Shown piece after piece: positions 13,701 to 29,100 of a DNA stretch of 64,000 nt. The DNA is taken from the NCBI GenBank assembly GCA_964016885.1, contig OZ024740.1, positions 290,780,001 through 290,844,000 on the forward strand, in the 5' to 3' direction. A program made the position numbers and the translations under genes. Numbering within the stretch: position 1 is the stretch's first letter; every line of letters begins with the position of its first letter. This DNA comes from Eledone cirrhosa. Taxonomy: Eukaryota. The notes under the pieces are model-generated. The model made no database searches. It was not told the DNA's origin and saw nothing but the letters and a program-made list of their open reading frames with translations.

Positions 13701-14470
13701 ATAAAAACGGACAACCCCAAATAAAAAACGGGTCCCCAAATAAAAAACGGATCCTCAAATAAAAACGGATCCCCAAATAAAAAACGGACCCCCAAATAAA
13801 AAACGGATTCCCCCAAATAAAAAACGGATCCCCAAATTAAAAACGGACACCCTCCCAAATAAAAAACGGATCCACCTTCAATAAAAAACGGATCCCCAAA
13901 TAAAAAACGGACCCCCAAATAAAAAACGAATTCCCCCCAAATAAAAAACTGGCACCCCATCCCAAATAAATAACGGAGCCCAAATCAAAATTGGATCACC
14001 AAATAGAAAACGGACACCCAAATAAAAAACAGATACCCAAATAAAAAATGGACCCCTAAATAAAAACGAAGACCCAAATAAAAAACGGACACCCAAATAT
14101 AAAACAGATCCCCCAAATAAAAAACGGATCCTCCCCAAAAAACGGACATCAAAATAAAAGAAGGATCCCCATATAAAAAACGGACCCCCCAAAAAAAATA
14201 TCAAAAACAGATTTCCAAATAAAAAACAGATCCCCCACCCCAAATAAAAAACGGATCGATACCCAAATAAAAAACGGGACCCACAATAAAAAACGGATCC
14301 CACCATATAAACGGATAACCATAAAAAAAACGGACCCCACCCAAATAAAAAACGGATCCCCCCCACAAATAAAAAACGGACACCAAAATAAAAAACGGAT
14401 TTCCCCCAAATAAATAACGGACCCCCTCCCAAATAAAAAACGGACCCCCAAATAAAAAACGGATTCCCCC
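7710..14470 (+). repeat. Tandem duplication of a ~3.0-kb unit (copy A ~7710-11440, copy B ~11440-14470)
   Basis: CTGATCCCC at 7723 and 11452. Identical ORFs 8613..8840 and 12308..12535 (offset 3695), and 10593..10931 and 13622..13960 (offset 3029). Confidence 0.85.
8945..10520 (+). repeat. ~785-789-bp tandem duplication nested in copy A of the 3-kb unit
   Basis: CACATTCCC at 8971 and 9756. ORFs 9269..9628 and 10058..10417 are offset by 789. Private variants GGATCGTTGTCC and GATGACCGGAAAAAAAAACAG occur in both copies. Confidence 0.9.
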
Positions 14471-17400
14471 CAAATAAAAAACGGGCCCCCCAACCCAAAT
14501 GAATAACGGAGCCCAAATAAAAAATGGATCCCCAAATAAAAAACGGACACCCAAATAAAAAACGGATCCCCAAATAAAAAACGGACAGCCAAATAAAAAA
14601 CGGACCCCCAAATAAAAAACGAACCCCCAAATAAAAAAATGGAACCCTAAATAAAAAACGGACACCCAAATAAAAAAAGGACACCCAAATAAAAAACGGA
14701 CACCCAAATAAAAAACAGACACCCAAATAAAAGACGGATCCCCATTTAAAAAAATGATCCCCCCCCAAAAAAATGAAATATGGATTTCCAAGTAAAAAAC
14801 GAATCCCCCACCCCAAATAAAAAAAAGGTTCGATGCCCAAAATAAAAAACGGATACCCATATAAAAAACGGACCCCGACCCCAAATAAAAAAGGCATCCC
14901 CCAATAAAAAACGGACCCCCCCCCCAAAAAAAAAAAAAAAACGGATACCCCCCAATAGAAAACGGACCCCCAAATAAAAAACGGCCCCCTCCAAATAAAA
15001 AACCCATTCCCAAATAAAAAACGGTCCTCCACCCCAAATAAAAAACGGATCGATCCCCAAATAAAAAACGGACACCCAAATAAAAATCGTATCCTCAAAT
15101 AAAAAACTGACCTCCAAATAAAAAAATGGACCCCCTCCAAATAAAAAACGGATCCCCAAATAAAAATGAATCCCCAAATAAAAGACGGATCCCCAAATAA
15201 AAACGGATCCCCAAATAAAAGACAAATCCCCATATAAAAACGGACCCGCCCAAAAAAAAAATCGGATTCCCAAATAAAAAACGGATCCCCCAAATAAAAA
15301 ACTGACCACCAAATAAAAAAAATGGACCCACCCGAAATAAAAAACGGATCCCCAAATAAAAGCGGATCCCCAAATAAAAAAAGGACCCCCCAAATAAAAA
15401 CTGACCACCAAATAAAAAAAATGGACCCCCCAAATTAAAAACGGATCCTCAAATATAAACGTATCCCCAAATAAAAGACGGATCCCCAGATAAAAACGGA
15501 TCCCCTAGTAAAAGACAGATCCCCATATAAAAACGGACACCCCCCCTCCCCCCCCAAAAAAATCGGAATTCCAAATAAGAAACGGATCCCCAAATTAAAA
15601 ACGGCCCTCCTCCCAAATAAAAAACGCACCCCCACCCCAATAAAAAACGGATCCCCCCCAATAGAAACGGACCCCCAAGTAAAAAACAGCCCCCTCCAAA
15701 TAAAAAACCCATTCCCAAATAAAAAACGGCCCCCCACCCCAAATAAAAAACGGATCGATCTCCAATTTAAAAATGTATCCCCAAATAAAAAACGGACACC
15801 CAAATAAAAAATGGACCCCCAAATATAAAACGATCACCCCCCACACACACCAAATAAAAAACGGGTCGCCAAATAAAAAACGGACCCCACCCCAATTAAA
15901 AAACGAACTCCCAAATAAAAACGGACAACCCCAAATAAAAAACGGGTCCCCAAATAAGAAACGGATCCTCAAATAAAAACGGATCCCCAAATAAAAAACG
16001 GACCTCCAAATAAAAAACGGATTCCCCCAAATAAAAAACGGATCCCCAAATTAAAAACGGACACCCTCCCAAATAAAAAACGGATCCACCTTCAATAAAA
16101 AACGGATCCCCAAATAAAAAACGGACCCCCAAATAAAAAACGAATTCCCCCCAAATAAAAAAACTGGCACCCCACCCCAAATAAATAACGGAGCCCAAAT
16201 AAAAATTGGATCACCAAATAAAAAACGGACACCCAAATAAAAAACGGATACCCAAATAAAAAAATGGACCCCTAAATATAAAAGGAAGACCCAAATAAAA
16301 GACGGACACCCAAATATAAAACGGATCCCCCAAATGAAAAACGGATCCCCCCAAAAAAACGGACATCAAAATAAAAGAATAAAAACGGATCCCCCTTCAA
16401 TAAAAAACGGATCCCCATATAAAAAACGGACGCCCCCCAAAAAAATATCAAAAACGCATTTCCAAATAAAAAACAGATCCCCCACCCCAAATAAAAAACG
16501 GATCGATGCCCAAATAAAAACGGGACCCACAATAAAAAACGGATCCCACTATATAAACGGATAACCATATAAAAAACGGACCCCACCCAAATAAAAAACG
16601 GATCCACCCCACAAATAAAAAACGGACCCCCAAATAAAAAACTGACCACCAAATAAAAAAATGGACCCCCCCGAAATAAAAAACGGATCCCCAAATAAAA
16701 ACGGATCACCAAATAAAAGACGGATCCCCAGATAAAAACGGATCCCCAAATAAAAGACAGATCCCCATATAAAAACGGACCCCCTCCCCCCGAAAAAAAT
16801 CGGATTCCCAAATAAAAGACGGATCCAAAATTAAAAACGGCCCCCCTCCCAAATAAAAAAACGTCCCCCCACCCCCACCCCCACCCCAATAAAAAACGGA
16901 TCCCCCCCAAAAAAAACGGATCCCCAAATTAAAAACAGACACCCTCCCAAATAAAAAACGGATCCACCTTCAATAAAAGACGGATCCCCAAATAGAAAAA
17001 AGGACCCCCAAATAAAAAACGAATTCCCCCCAAATAAAAACTGGCACCCCACCCCAAATAAATAACGGAGCCCAAATAAAAATTGGATCACCAAATAAAA
17101 AACGGACACCCAAATATAAAACGGATCCCCCTTCAATAAAAAACGGATCCCCAAATAAAAAACGGTCCTCCACCCCAAATAAAAAACGGATCGATCTCCA
17201 AATAAAAAATGTATCCCCAAATAAAAAACGGACACCCAAATAATAAAAAACATTCCCAAATAAAAAACGGATCCCCAAATAAAAAACGGTCACCCAAATG
17301 AGAAATGGACCCCCAAATAAAAAACGATCCCCCCCCCCACACACACACCAAATAAAAAACGGGTCGCCAAATAAAAAACGGACCCCACACCAATTAAAAA

Positions 17401-17959
17401 ACGGAACTCCCAAATAAAAACGGACAACCCCAAATAAAAAACGGATCCTCAAATAAAAACGGATCCCCAAATAAAAAACGGACCCCCAAATAAAAAACGG
17501 GTTCCCCCAAATAAAAAACGAATCCCCTAATTAAAAACGGACACCCTCCCAAATAAAAAACGGATCCCATTCAATAAAAAACGGATCCCCAAATAAAAAA
17601 CGAATTCCCTCCAAATAAAAAACTGGCACCCCACCCTAAATAAATAAAGGAGCCCAAATAAAAATTGGATCACCAAATATAAAACGGAGACCCAAATAAA
17701 AAACGGATCCCCCATATAAAAAACGGACCCCCCCCCCAAAAAAAATATCAAAATTGGATTTCCAAATAAAAAACAGATCCCCCACCCCAAATAAAAAACG
17801 GACACCCAAATAAAAAACGGATTTCCCCCAAATAAATAACGGACCCCCTCCCAATTATAAAACGGACCCCCAAATAAAAAACGGATTCCCCCCAAATAAA
17901 AAAACGGTTCCCCCACCCCAAATAAATAACGGAGCCCAAATAAAAAATGAATCCCCAAA

Positions 17960-20900
17960 TAAAAAACGGATCCCCAAATAAAAAACGGACAACCAAATAA
18001 AAAACGGACCCCCCAAATATAAAACGAACCCCCCCCCCCAAAAAAAAATGGACCCCTAAATAAAAAACGGACACCCAAATAAAAAACGGACACCCAAATA
18101 AAATACGGACACCCAAATAAAAAACGGACACCCAAATAAAAGACGGATCCCCATATAAAAAAAGGACCCCCCCCGAAAAAAAAATACGGATTTCCAAGTA
18201 AAAAACGGATCCCCCACTCAAATAAAAAAAAGGTTCGATGCCCAAATAAAAAACGGAACCCCTAAATAAAATACGGATCGCCCAAAATAAAAAACGTATT
18301 CCCATATTAAAAACGTACCCCCACCCCAAATAAAAAAGGGTTCCCCCGATAAAAAACGGACCCCCCCAATAAAAAACGGATCCCCCCAATAGAAAACGGA
18401 CCCCCAAATAAAAAACGGCCCCCACCAAATAAAAAACCCATTCCAAAATAAAAAACGGTCCTCCACCCCAAATAAAAAACGAATCAATCCCCAAATAAAA
18501 AATGGATCCCCAAATAAAATATGGACACCCAAATAAAAACGGACCTCCAAATACAAAAAATGGATCCCCCCAAATAAAAAACTGATCCCCAAATAAAAAC
18601 GGATCCCCAAATAAAAGACGGATCCCCATATAAAAACGGACGCCCCCCCCCCCCCAAAAGATATCGGATTCCCAAATAAAAAACGAATCCCCAAATTAAA
18701 AACGGCCCCACCTCCCAAATTAAAAACGCCCCCCCCCTCCCCCCAAATAAAGAACGAATCCCCCCCCAAAAAAACGGACAGCCAAATAAAAACGGATACT
18801 CAATTAAAAAACGGATCCCCAAATAAAAAACGGATTCCCCCAAATAAATAACGGAGCCCAAATAAAAATTGGATCCCCAGATAAAAAACGGACCCCCGCG
18901 AATAAACGACGGACACCCAAATAAAGAAATGGGCCCCTAAATAAAAAACGGACACCCAAATAAAAGCCGAATCCCCATATAAAAAATGGACCCCGCACCC
19001 CCCAAAAAAAATAAAATACGGATTTCCAAGTAAAAAACGGATCCCCCACGCCAAATAAAAAAAGGTTCGATGAGCAAATAAAAAACGGAACCCTCAAATA
19101 AAAAACGGATCGCCCAAAATAAAAAACGTATACCCATATAAAAAACGGATCCCCACCCCAAATAAAAAAGGGATCCCCCAATAAAAAACGGATCCCCCCG
19201 CCAATAGTAACGGACCCCCAACTAAAAAACGGCCCCCTCCAAATAAAAAACCCATTCCCAAATAAAAAACGGTCCTCCACCCCAAATAAAAAACGGATCG
19301 ATCTCTAAATAAAAAATTTATCCCCAAATAAAAAACGGACAGCCAAATAAAAAACATTCCCAAATAAAAAACAGATCCCCAAATAAAAAACGGTCACCCA
19401 AATGAAAAATGGACCCCCAAATAAAAAACGATCCCCCCTACACACACACACACACACACACCAAATAAAAAACGGGTCGCCAAATAAAAAACGGACCCCA
19501 CCCCAATTAAAAAACGGTACTCCCAAATAAAAACGGACACCCCCAAATAAAAAACGGATCCCCAAATAAAAAACGGATCCTCAAATAAAAACGTATCCCC
19601 AAATAAAAAACGGACCCCCAAATAAAAAACGGATTCCCCCAAATAAAAAACGGATCCCCAAATTAAAAACGGACACCCTCCCAAATAAAAAACGGATCCC
19701 CCTTCAATAAAAAACGGATCCCCAAATAAAAAACGGACCCCCAAATAAAAAACGAATTCCCCCCAAATAAAAAACTGGCACCCCACCCCAAATAAATAAC
19801 GGAGCCCAAATAAAAATTGGATCACCAAATAAAAAAAAGGACACCCAAATAAAAAACGGATACCCAAATAAAAAATGGACCCCTAAATATAAAACGGAGA
19901 CCCAAATAAAAAACGGACACCCAAATATAAAACGGATCCCCCAAATAAAAAACGGATCCCCCCAAAAAAACGGATATCAAAATAAAAGACGGATCCCCAT
20001 ATAAAAACGGACGCCCCCCCCAAAAAATCGGATTCCCAAATAAAAAACGGATCCCCAAATTAAAAACGCCCCACCCCATAAAAAACGAATCCCCCCCCAA
20101 AAAAAAACGGACAGCCAAATAAAAACGGATACTCAATTAAAAAACGGATCCCCACATAAAAAACGGATTCCCCCAAATAAATAACGGAGCCCAAATAAAA
20201 ATTGTATCCCCAAATAAAAAACGGACTCCCCCGAATAAACGACGGACACCCAAATAAAAAAATGGACCCCTAAATAAAAAACGGACACCCAAATAAAAAT
20301 CAGACACCCAAATAAAAAACGGACACCCAAATAAAAGCCGGATCCCCATATAAAAAATGGACCCCGCCCCCCCCCCCAAAAAAAATACGGATTTCCAAGT
20401 AAAAAACGGATCCCCCACCCCAAATAAAAAAATGTTTGATGACCAAATAAAAAACGGAACCCCCAAATAAAAAACGGATCGCCCAAAATAAAAAACGGAT
20501 ACCCATATAAAAAACGGATCCCCACCCCAAATAAAAAAGGGATCCCCCAATAAAAAACGGCCCCCTCCAAATAAAAAACCCATTCCCAAATAAAAAACGG
20601 TCCTCCACCCCAAATAAAAAACGGATCGATCTCCAAATAAAAAATGTATCCCCAAATAAAAAACGGACACCCAAATAAAAAACATTCCCAAATAAAAAAC
20701 GGATCCCCAAATAAAAAACGGTCACCCAAATGAAAAATGATCCCACAAATAAAAAACGACCCCCCCCCCACACACACACCAAATAAAAAACGGGTCGCCA
20801 AATAAAAAACGGACCCCACCCCAATTAAAAAACGGAACTCACAAATAAAAACGGACACCCCCAAATAAAAAACGGATCCCCAAATAAAAAACGGACACCC

Positions 20901-23750
20901 AAATAAAAAACGGATCCCCAAATAAAAAACGGACAACCAAATAAAAAACGGACCCCCCAAATATAAAACGAACCCCCCCCCCCAAAAAAATGGACCCCTA
21001 AATAAAAAACGGACACCCAAATAAAAAACGGACACCCAAATAAAAGACGGATCCCCATATAAAAAAAAGGACCCCCCCCAAAAAAAAAATACGGATTTCC
21101 AAGTAAAAAACGGATCCCCCACTCAAATAAAAAAAAAGGTTCGATGCCCAAATAAAAAACGGAACCCCTAAATAAAATACGGATCGCCCAAAATAAAAAA
21201 CGGATTCCCATATTAAAAACGTACCCCCACCCCAAATAAAAAAGGGTTCCCCCGATAAAAAACGGACCCCCCCAATAAAAAACGGATCCCCCCAATAGAA
21301 AACGGACCCCCAAATAAAAAACGGCCCCCACCAAATAAAAAACCCATTCCAAAATAAAAAACGGTCCTCCACCCCAAATAAAAAACGAATCAATCCCCAA
21401 ATAAAAAATGGATCCCCAAATAAAATATGGACACCCAAATAAAAACGGACCCCCAAATAAAAAAAATGGATCCCCCCAAATAAAAAACTGATCCCCAAAT
21501 AAAAACGGATCCCCAAATAAAAGACGGATCCCCATATAAAAACGGACGCCCCCCCCCCCCCCCAAAAGATATCGGATTCCCAAATAAAAAACGAATCCCC
21601 AAATTAAAAACGGCCCCCCCTCCCAAATTAAAAACGCCCCCCCCCCCCCTCCCCCCCAAATAAAAAACGAGTCCCCCCCAAAAAAAACGGACAGCCAAAT
21701 AAAAACGGATACTCAATTAAAAAACGGATCCCCAAATAAAAAACGGATTCCCCCAAATAAATAACGGAGCCCAAATAAAAATTGGATCCCCAGATAAAAA
21801 ACGGACCCCCGCGAATAAACGACGGACACCCAAATAAAGAAATGGGCCCCAAAATAAAAAACGGACACCCAAATAAAAGCCGGATCCCCATATAAAAAAT
21901 GGACCCCGCACCCCCCAAAAAAAATAAAATACGGATTTCCAAGTAAAAAACGGATCCCCCACGCCAAATAAAAAAAGGTTCGATGACCAAATAAAAAACG
22001 GAACCCCCAAATAAAAAACGGATCGCCCAAAATAAAAAACGGATACCCATATAAAAAACGGATCCCCACCCCAAATAAAAAAGGGATCCCCCAATAAAAA
22101 ACGGATCCCCCCGCCAATAGTAACGGACCCCCAAATAAAAAACGGCCCCCTCCAAATAAAAAACCCATTCCCAAATAAAAAACGGTCCTCCACCCCAAAT
22201 AAAAAACGGACAGCCAAATAAAAAACATTCCCAAATAAAAAACAGATCCCCAAATAAAAAACGGTCACCCAAATGAAAAATGGACCCCCAAATAAAAACG
22301 ATCCCCCCTACACACACACACACACACACCAAATAAAAAACGGGTCGCCAAATAAAAAACGGACCCCACCCCAATTAAAAAACGGTACTCCCAAATAAAA
22401 ACGGACACCCCCAAATAAAAAACGGATCCCCAAATAAAAAACGGATCCTCAAATAAAAACGTATCCCCAAATAAAAAACGGACCCCCAAATAAAAAACGG
22501 ATTCCCCCAAATAAAAAACGGATCCCCAAATTAAAAACGGACACCCTCCCAAATAAAAAACGGATCCCCCTTCAATAAAAAACGGATCCCCAAATAAAAA
22601 ACGGACCCCCAAATAAAAAACGAATTCCCCCCAAATAAAAAACTGGCACCCCACCCCAAATAAATAACGGAGCCCAAATAAAAATTGGATCACCAAATAA
22701 AAAACGGACACCCAAATAAAAAACGGATACCCAAATAAAAAATGGACCCCTAAATATAAAACGGAGACCCAAATAAAAAACGGACACCCAAATATAAAAC
22801 GGATCCCCCAAATAAAAAACGGATCCCCCCAAAAAAACGGATATCAAAATAAAAGACGGATCCCCATATAAAAACGGACGCCCCCCCAAAAAAATCGGAT
22901 TCCCAAATAAAAAACGGATCCCCAAATTAAAAACGCCCCACCCCATAAAAAACGAATCCCCCCCCAAAAAAAAACGGACAGCCAAATAAAAACGGATACT
23001 CAATTAAAAAACGGATCCCCACATAAAAAACGGATTCCCCCAAATAAATAACGGAGCCCAAATAAAAATTGTATCCCCAAATAAAAAACGGACTCCCCCG
23101 AATAAACGACGGACACCCAAATAAAAAAATGGACCCCTAAATAAAAAACGGACACCCAAATAAAAATCAGACACCCAAATAAAAAACGGACACCCAAATA
23201 AAAGCCGGATCCCCATATAAAAAATGGACCCCGCCCCCCCCCAAAAAAAATACGGATTTCCAAGTAAAAAACGGATCCCCCACCCCAAATAAAAAAATGT
23301 TTGATGATCAAATAAAAAACGGAACCCCCAAATAAAAAACGGATCGCCCAAAATAAAAAACGGATACCCATATAAAAAACGGATCCCCACCCCAAATAAA
23401 AAAGGGATCCCCCAATAAAAAACGGCCCCCTCCAAATAAAAAACCCATTCCCAAATAAAAAACGGTCCTCCACCCCAAATAAAAAACGGATCGATCTCCA
23501 AATAAAAAATGTATCCCCAAATAAAAAACGGACACCCAAATAAAAAACATTCCCAAATAAAAAACGGATCCCCAAATAAAAAACGGTCACCCAAATGAAA
23601 AATGATCCCACAAATAAAAAACGACCCCCCCCCCCCACACACACACGCCAAATAAAAAACGGGTCGCCAAATAAAAAACGGACCCCACCCCAATTAAAAA
23701 ACGGAACTCACAAATAAAAACGGACACCCCCAAATAAAAAACGGATCCCT
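17960..23750 (+). repeat. ~2.9-kb tandem higher-order repeat, 2 copies
   Basis: GGACAACC at 17987 and 20931. ORF ends at 18800/21713 and 20133/23000. Private variants CCGCCAATAGTAACGG, CGGTACTCCC and GGAACTCAC are shared. Confidence 0.88.
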
Positions 23751-26199
23751 AAATAAAAAACGGATCCTCAAATAAAAACGGATCCCCAAATAAAAAACGG
23801 AGCCCCAAATAAAAAACGGATTCCCCCAAATAAAAAACGGATCCCCAAATTAAAAACGGACACCCTCCCAAATAAAAAACGGATCCCCCTTCAATAAAAA
23901 ACGGATCCCCAAATAAAAAACGGACCCCCAAATTAAAAACGAATTCCCCCCAAATAAAAAACTGGCACCCCACCCCAAATAAATAACGGAGCCCAAATAA
24001 AAATTGGATGACCAAATAAAAAACGGAACGCCCAAATAAAAAACGGATACCCACCTCAAATAAAAAAGGGATCCCCCAATAAAAAACGGATCCCCCCAAT
24101 AGAAACGGACCCCCAATATAAAACGGCCCCCTCCAAATAAAAAACCCATTCCCAAATAAAAAACGGCCCCCACCCCAAATAAAAAACGGATCGATCTCCA
24201 AATAAAAAATGTATCCCCAAATAAAAAACGGACACCCAAATGAAAAACATTCCCAAATAAAAAACGGATCCCCAAATAAAAAACGGTCACCCAAATGAAA
24301 AATGGACCCCCAAATAAAAAACGATCCCCCCCACTACACACATACACCAAATAAAAAACGGGTCGCCAAATAAAAAACGGACCCCACCCCAATTAAAAAA
24401 CGGAACTCCCAAATAAAAACGGACACCCCCAAATAAAAAACGGGTCCCCAAATAAAAAACGGATCCTCAAATAAAAACGGATCCCCAAATAAAAAACGGA
24501 CCCCCAAATAAAAAACGGATTCCCCCAAATAAAAAACGGATCCCCAAATTAAAAACGGACACCCTCCCAAATAAAAAACGGATCCACCTTCAATAAAAAA
24601 CGGATCCCCAAATAAAAAACGGACCCCCAAATAAAAAACGAATTCCCCCCAAATAAAAAACTGGCACCCCATCCCAAATAAATAACGGAGCCCAAATCAA
24701 AATTGGATCACCAAATAAAAAACGGACACCCAAATAAAAAACAGATACCCAAATAAAAAATGGACCCCTAAATAAAAACGAAGACCCAAATAAAAAACGG
24801 ACACCCAAATATAAAACAGATCCCCCAAATAAAAAACGGATCCCCCCAAAAAAACGGACATCAAAATAAAAGAAGGATCCCCATATAAAAAACGGACCCC
24901 CCAAAAAAAATATCAAAAACAGATTTCCAAATAAAAAACAGATCCCCCACCCCAAATAAAAAACGGATCGATACCCAAATAAAAAACGGGACCCACAATA
25001 AAAACGGATCCCACCATATAAACGGATAACCATAAAAAAAACGGACCCCACCCAAATAAAAAACGGATCCCCCCCACAAATAAAAAACGGACACCCAAAT
25101 AAAAAACGGATTTCCCCCAAATAAATAACGGACCCCCTCCCAAATAAAAAACGGACCCCCAAATAAAAAACGGATTCCCCCCAAATAAAAAACGGGCCCC
25201 CCAACCCAAATGAATAACGGAGCCCAAATAAAAAATGGATCCCCAAATAAAAAACGGACACCCAAATAAAAAACGGATCCCCAAATAAAAAACGGACAGC
25301 CAAATAAAAAACGGACCCCCAAATAAAAAACGAACCCCCAAATAAAAAAATGGAACCCTAAATAAAAAACGGACACCCAAATAAAAAAAGGACACCCAAA
25401 TAAAAAACGGACACCCAAATAAAAAACAGACACCCAAATAAAAGACGGATCCCCATATAAAAAAATGACCCACCCCCCCCAAAAAAAATGAAATATGGAT
25501 TTCCAAGTAAAAAACGAATCCCCCACCCCAAATAAAAAAAAGGTTCGATGCCCAAATAAAAAACGGAACCCCCAAATAAAAAACGGATCGCCCAAAATAA
25601 AAAACGGATACCCATATAAAAAACGGACCCCGACCCCAAATAAAAAAGGCATCCCCCAATAAAAAACGGACCCCCCCCCCCCGCCAAAAAAAAAACGGAT
25701 ACTCCCCAATAGAAAACGGACCCCCAAATAAAAACGGCCCCCTCCAAATAAAAAACCCATTCCCAAATAAAAAACGGTCCTCCACCCCAAATAAAAAACG
25801 GATCGATCCCCAAATAAAAAACGGACACCCAAATAAAAATCGTATCCTCAAATAAAAAACTGACCTCCAAATAAAAAAATGGACCCCCTCCAAATAAAAA
25901 ACGGATCCCCAAATAAAAATGAATCCCCAAATAAAAGACGGATCCCCAAATAAAAACGGATCCCCAAATAAAAGACAAATCCCCATATAAAAACGGACCC
26001 GCCCAAAAAAAAAATCGGATTCCCAAATAAAAAACGGATCCCCCAAATAAAAAACTGACCACCAAATAAAAAAAATGGACCCCCCCGAAATAAAAAACGG
26101 ATCCCCAAATAAAAGCGGATCCCCAAATAAAAGACGTATCCCCAGATAAAAACGGATCCCCAAATAACAGACAGATCCCCATATAAAAACGGACCCCCC

Positions 26200-29100
26200 C
26201 CCCAAAAAAAAAAATACGGATTTCCAAGTAAAAAACGGATCCCACACTCAAATAAAAAAAAGGTTCGATGCCCAAATAAAAAACGGAACCCCCAAATAAA
26301 ATACGGATCGCCCAAAATAAAAAACGGATTCCCATATTAAAAACGTACCCCCACCCCAAATAAAAAAGGGATCCCCCGATAAAAAACGGACCCCCCCCAA
26401 TAAAAAACGGATCCCCCCCAATAGAAAACGGACCCCCAAATAAAAAACGGCCCCCACCAAATAAAAAACCCATTCCAAAATAAAAAAACGGTCCTCCACC
26501 CCAAATAAAAAACGAATCAATCCCCAAATAAAAAATGGATCCCCAAATAAAATATGGACACCCAAATAAAAACGGACCCCCAAATAAAAAAAATGGATCC
26601 CCCCAAATAAAAAACTGATCCCCAAATAAAAACGGATCCCCAAATAAAAGACGGATCCCCATATAAAAACGGACGCCCCCCCCCCAAAAGATATCGGATT
26701 CCCAAATAAAAAACGGATCCCCATTTTAAAAACGGCCCCCCCTCCCAAATTAAAAACGCCCCCCCCCCCCCCCCTCCCCCCCCCCCCAAATAAAAAACGA
26801 ATCCCCCCCCAAAATAACGGACAGCCAAATAAAAACGGATACTCAATTAAAAAACGGATCCCCAAATAAAAAACGGATTCCCCCAAATAAATAACGGAGC
26901 CCAAATAAAAATTGGATCCCCAAATAAAAAACGGACCCCCGCGAATAAACGACGGACACCCAAATAAAGAAATGGGCCCCTAAATAAAAAACGGACACCC
27001 AAATAAAAAACAGACACCCAAATAAAAAACGGACACCCAAATAAAAGCCGGATCCCCATATAAAAAATGGACCCCGCACCCCCAAAAAAAAATAAAATAC
27101 GGATTTCCAAGTAAAAAACGGATCCCCCACGCCAAATAAAAAAAGGTTCGATGACCAAATAAAAAACGGAACCCCCAAATAAAAAACGGATCGCCCAAAA
27201 TAGAAAACGGAAACCCATATAAAAAACGGATCCCCACCCCAAATAAAAAAGGGATCCCCCAATAAAAAACGGATCCCCCCCAATAGAAACGTACCCCCAA
27301 ATAAAAAACGGCCCCCTCCAAATAAAAAACCCATTCGCAAATAAAAAACGGTCCTCCACCCCAAATAAAAAACGGATCGATCTCTAAATAAAAAATGTAT
27401 CCTCAAATAAAAAACGGACAGCCAAATAAAAAACATTCCCGAATAAAAAACGGATCCCCAAATAAAGAACGGTCACCCAAATGAAAAATGGACCCCCAAA
27501 TAAAAAACGATCCCCCCCCCCCCCCACACACACACACACCAAATAAAAAACGGGTCGCCAAATAAAAAACGGACCCCACCCCAATTAAAAAACGGAACTC
27601 CCAAATAAAAACGGACACCCCCAAATAAAAAACGGATCCCCAAATAAAAAACGGATCCTCAAATAAAAACGGATCCCCAAATAAAAAACGGACCCCCAAA
27701 TAAAAAACGGATTCCCCCAAATAAAAAACAGATCCCCAAATTAAAAACGGACACCCTCCCAAATAAAAAACGGATCCCCCTTCAATAAAAACGGATCCCC
27801 AAATAAAAAACGGACCCCCAAATAAAAAACGAATTCCCCCCAAATGAAAAACTGGCACCCCACCCCAAATAAATAACGGAGCCCAAATAAAAATTGGATC
27901 ACCAAATAAAAAACGGACACCCAAATAAAAAACAGATACCCAAATAAAAAATGGACCCCTAAATATAAAACGGAGACCCAAATAAAAAACGGACACTCAA
28001 ATATAAAACGGATCCCCCAAATAAAAAACGGATCCCCCCCCAAAAAACGGATATCAAAATAAAAGACGGATCCCCATATAAAAACGGACGCCCCCCCCAA
28101 AAAAATCGCATTCCCAAATAAAAAACGGATCCCCAAATTAAAAACGCCCCACCCCATAAAAAACGAATCCCCCCCCAAAAAAAAACGGACAGCCAAATAA
28201 AAACGGATACTCAATTAAAAAACGGATCCCCACATAAAAAACGGATTCCCCCAAATAAATAACGGAGCCCAAATAAAAATTGTATCCCCAAATAAAAAAC
28301 GGACTCCCCCGAATAAACGACGGACACCCAAATAAAAAAATGGACCCCTAAATAAAAAACGGACACCCAAATAAAAAACAGACACCCAAATAAAAAACGG
28401 ACACCCAAATAAAAGCCGGATCCCCATATAAAAAATGGACCCCGCCCCCCCCCCCCCAAAAAAAAAATACGGATTTCCAAGTAAAAAACGGATCCCCCAC
28501 CCCAAATAAAAAAAGGTTTGATGACCAAATAAAAAACGGAACCCCGAAATAAAAAACGGATCCCCAATAAAAAACGGCCCCCTCCAAATAAAAAACCCAT
28601 TCCCAAATAAAAAACGGTCCTCCACCCCAAATAAAAAAGGGATCGATCTCCAAATAAAAAATGTATCCCCAAATAAAAAACGGACACCCAAATAAAAAAC
28701 ATTCCCAAATAAAAAACGGATCCCCAAATAAAAAACGGTCACCCAAATGAAAAATGGACCCACAAATAAAAAACAATCCCCCCCCCCCACACACACACAC
28801 CAAATAAAATACGGGTCGCCAAATAAAAAACGGACACCCAAATAAAAAACAGATTTCCCCCAAATAAATAACGGACCCCCTCCCAAATAAAAGACGGACC
28901 CCCAAATAAAAAACGGATTCTCCCCAAATAAAAAACGGGCCCCCCAACCCAAATAAATAACGGAGCCCAAATAAAAATGGATCCCCAAATAAAAAACGGA
29001 CACCCAAATAAAAAACGGATCCCCAAATAAAAAACGGACAGCCAAATAAAAAACGGACCCCCAAATAAAAAACGAACCCCCAAATAAAAAAATGGAACCC

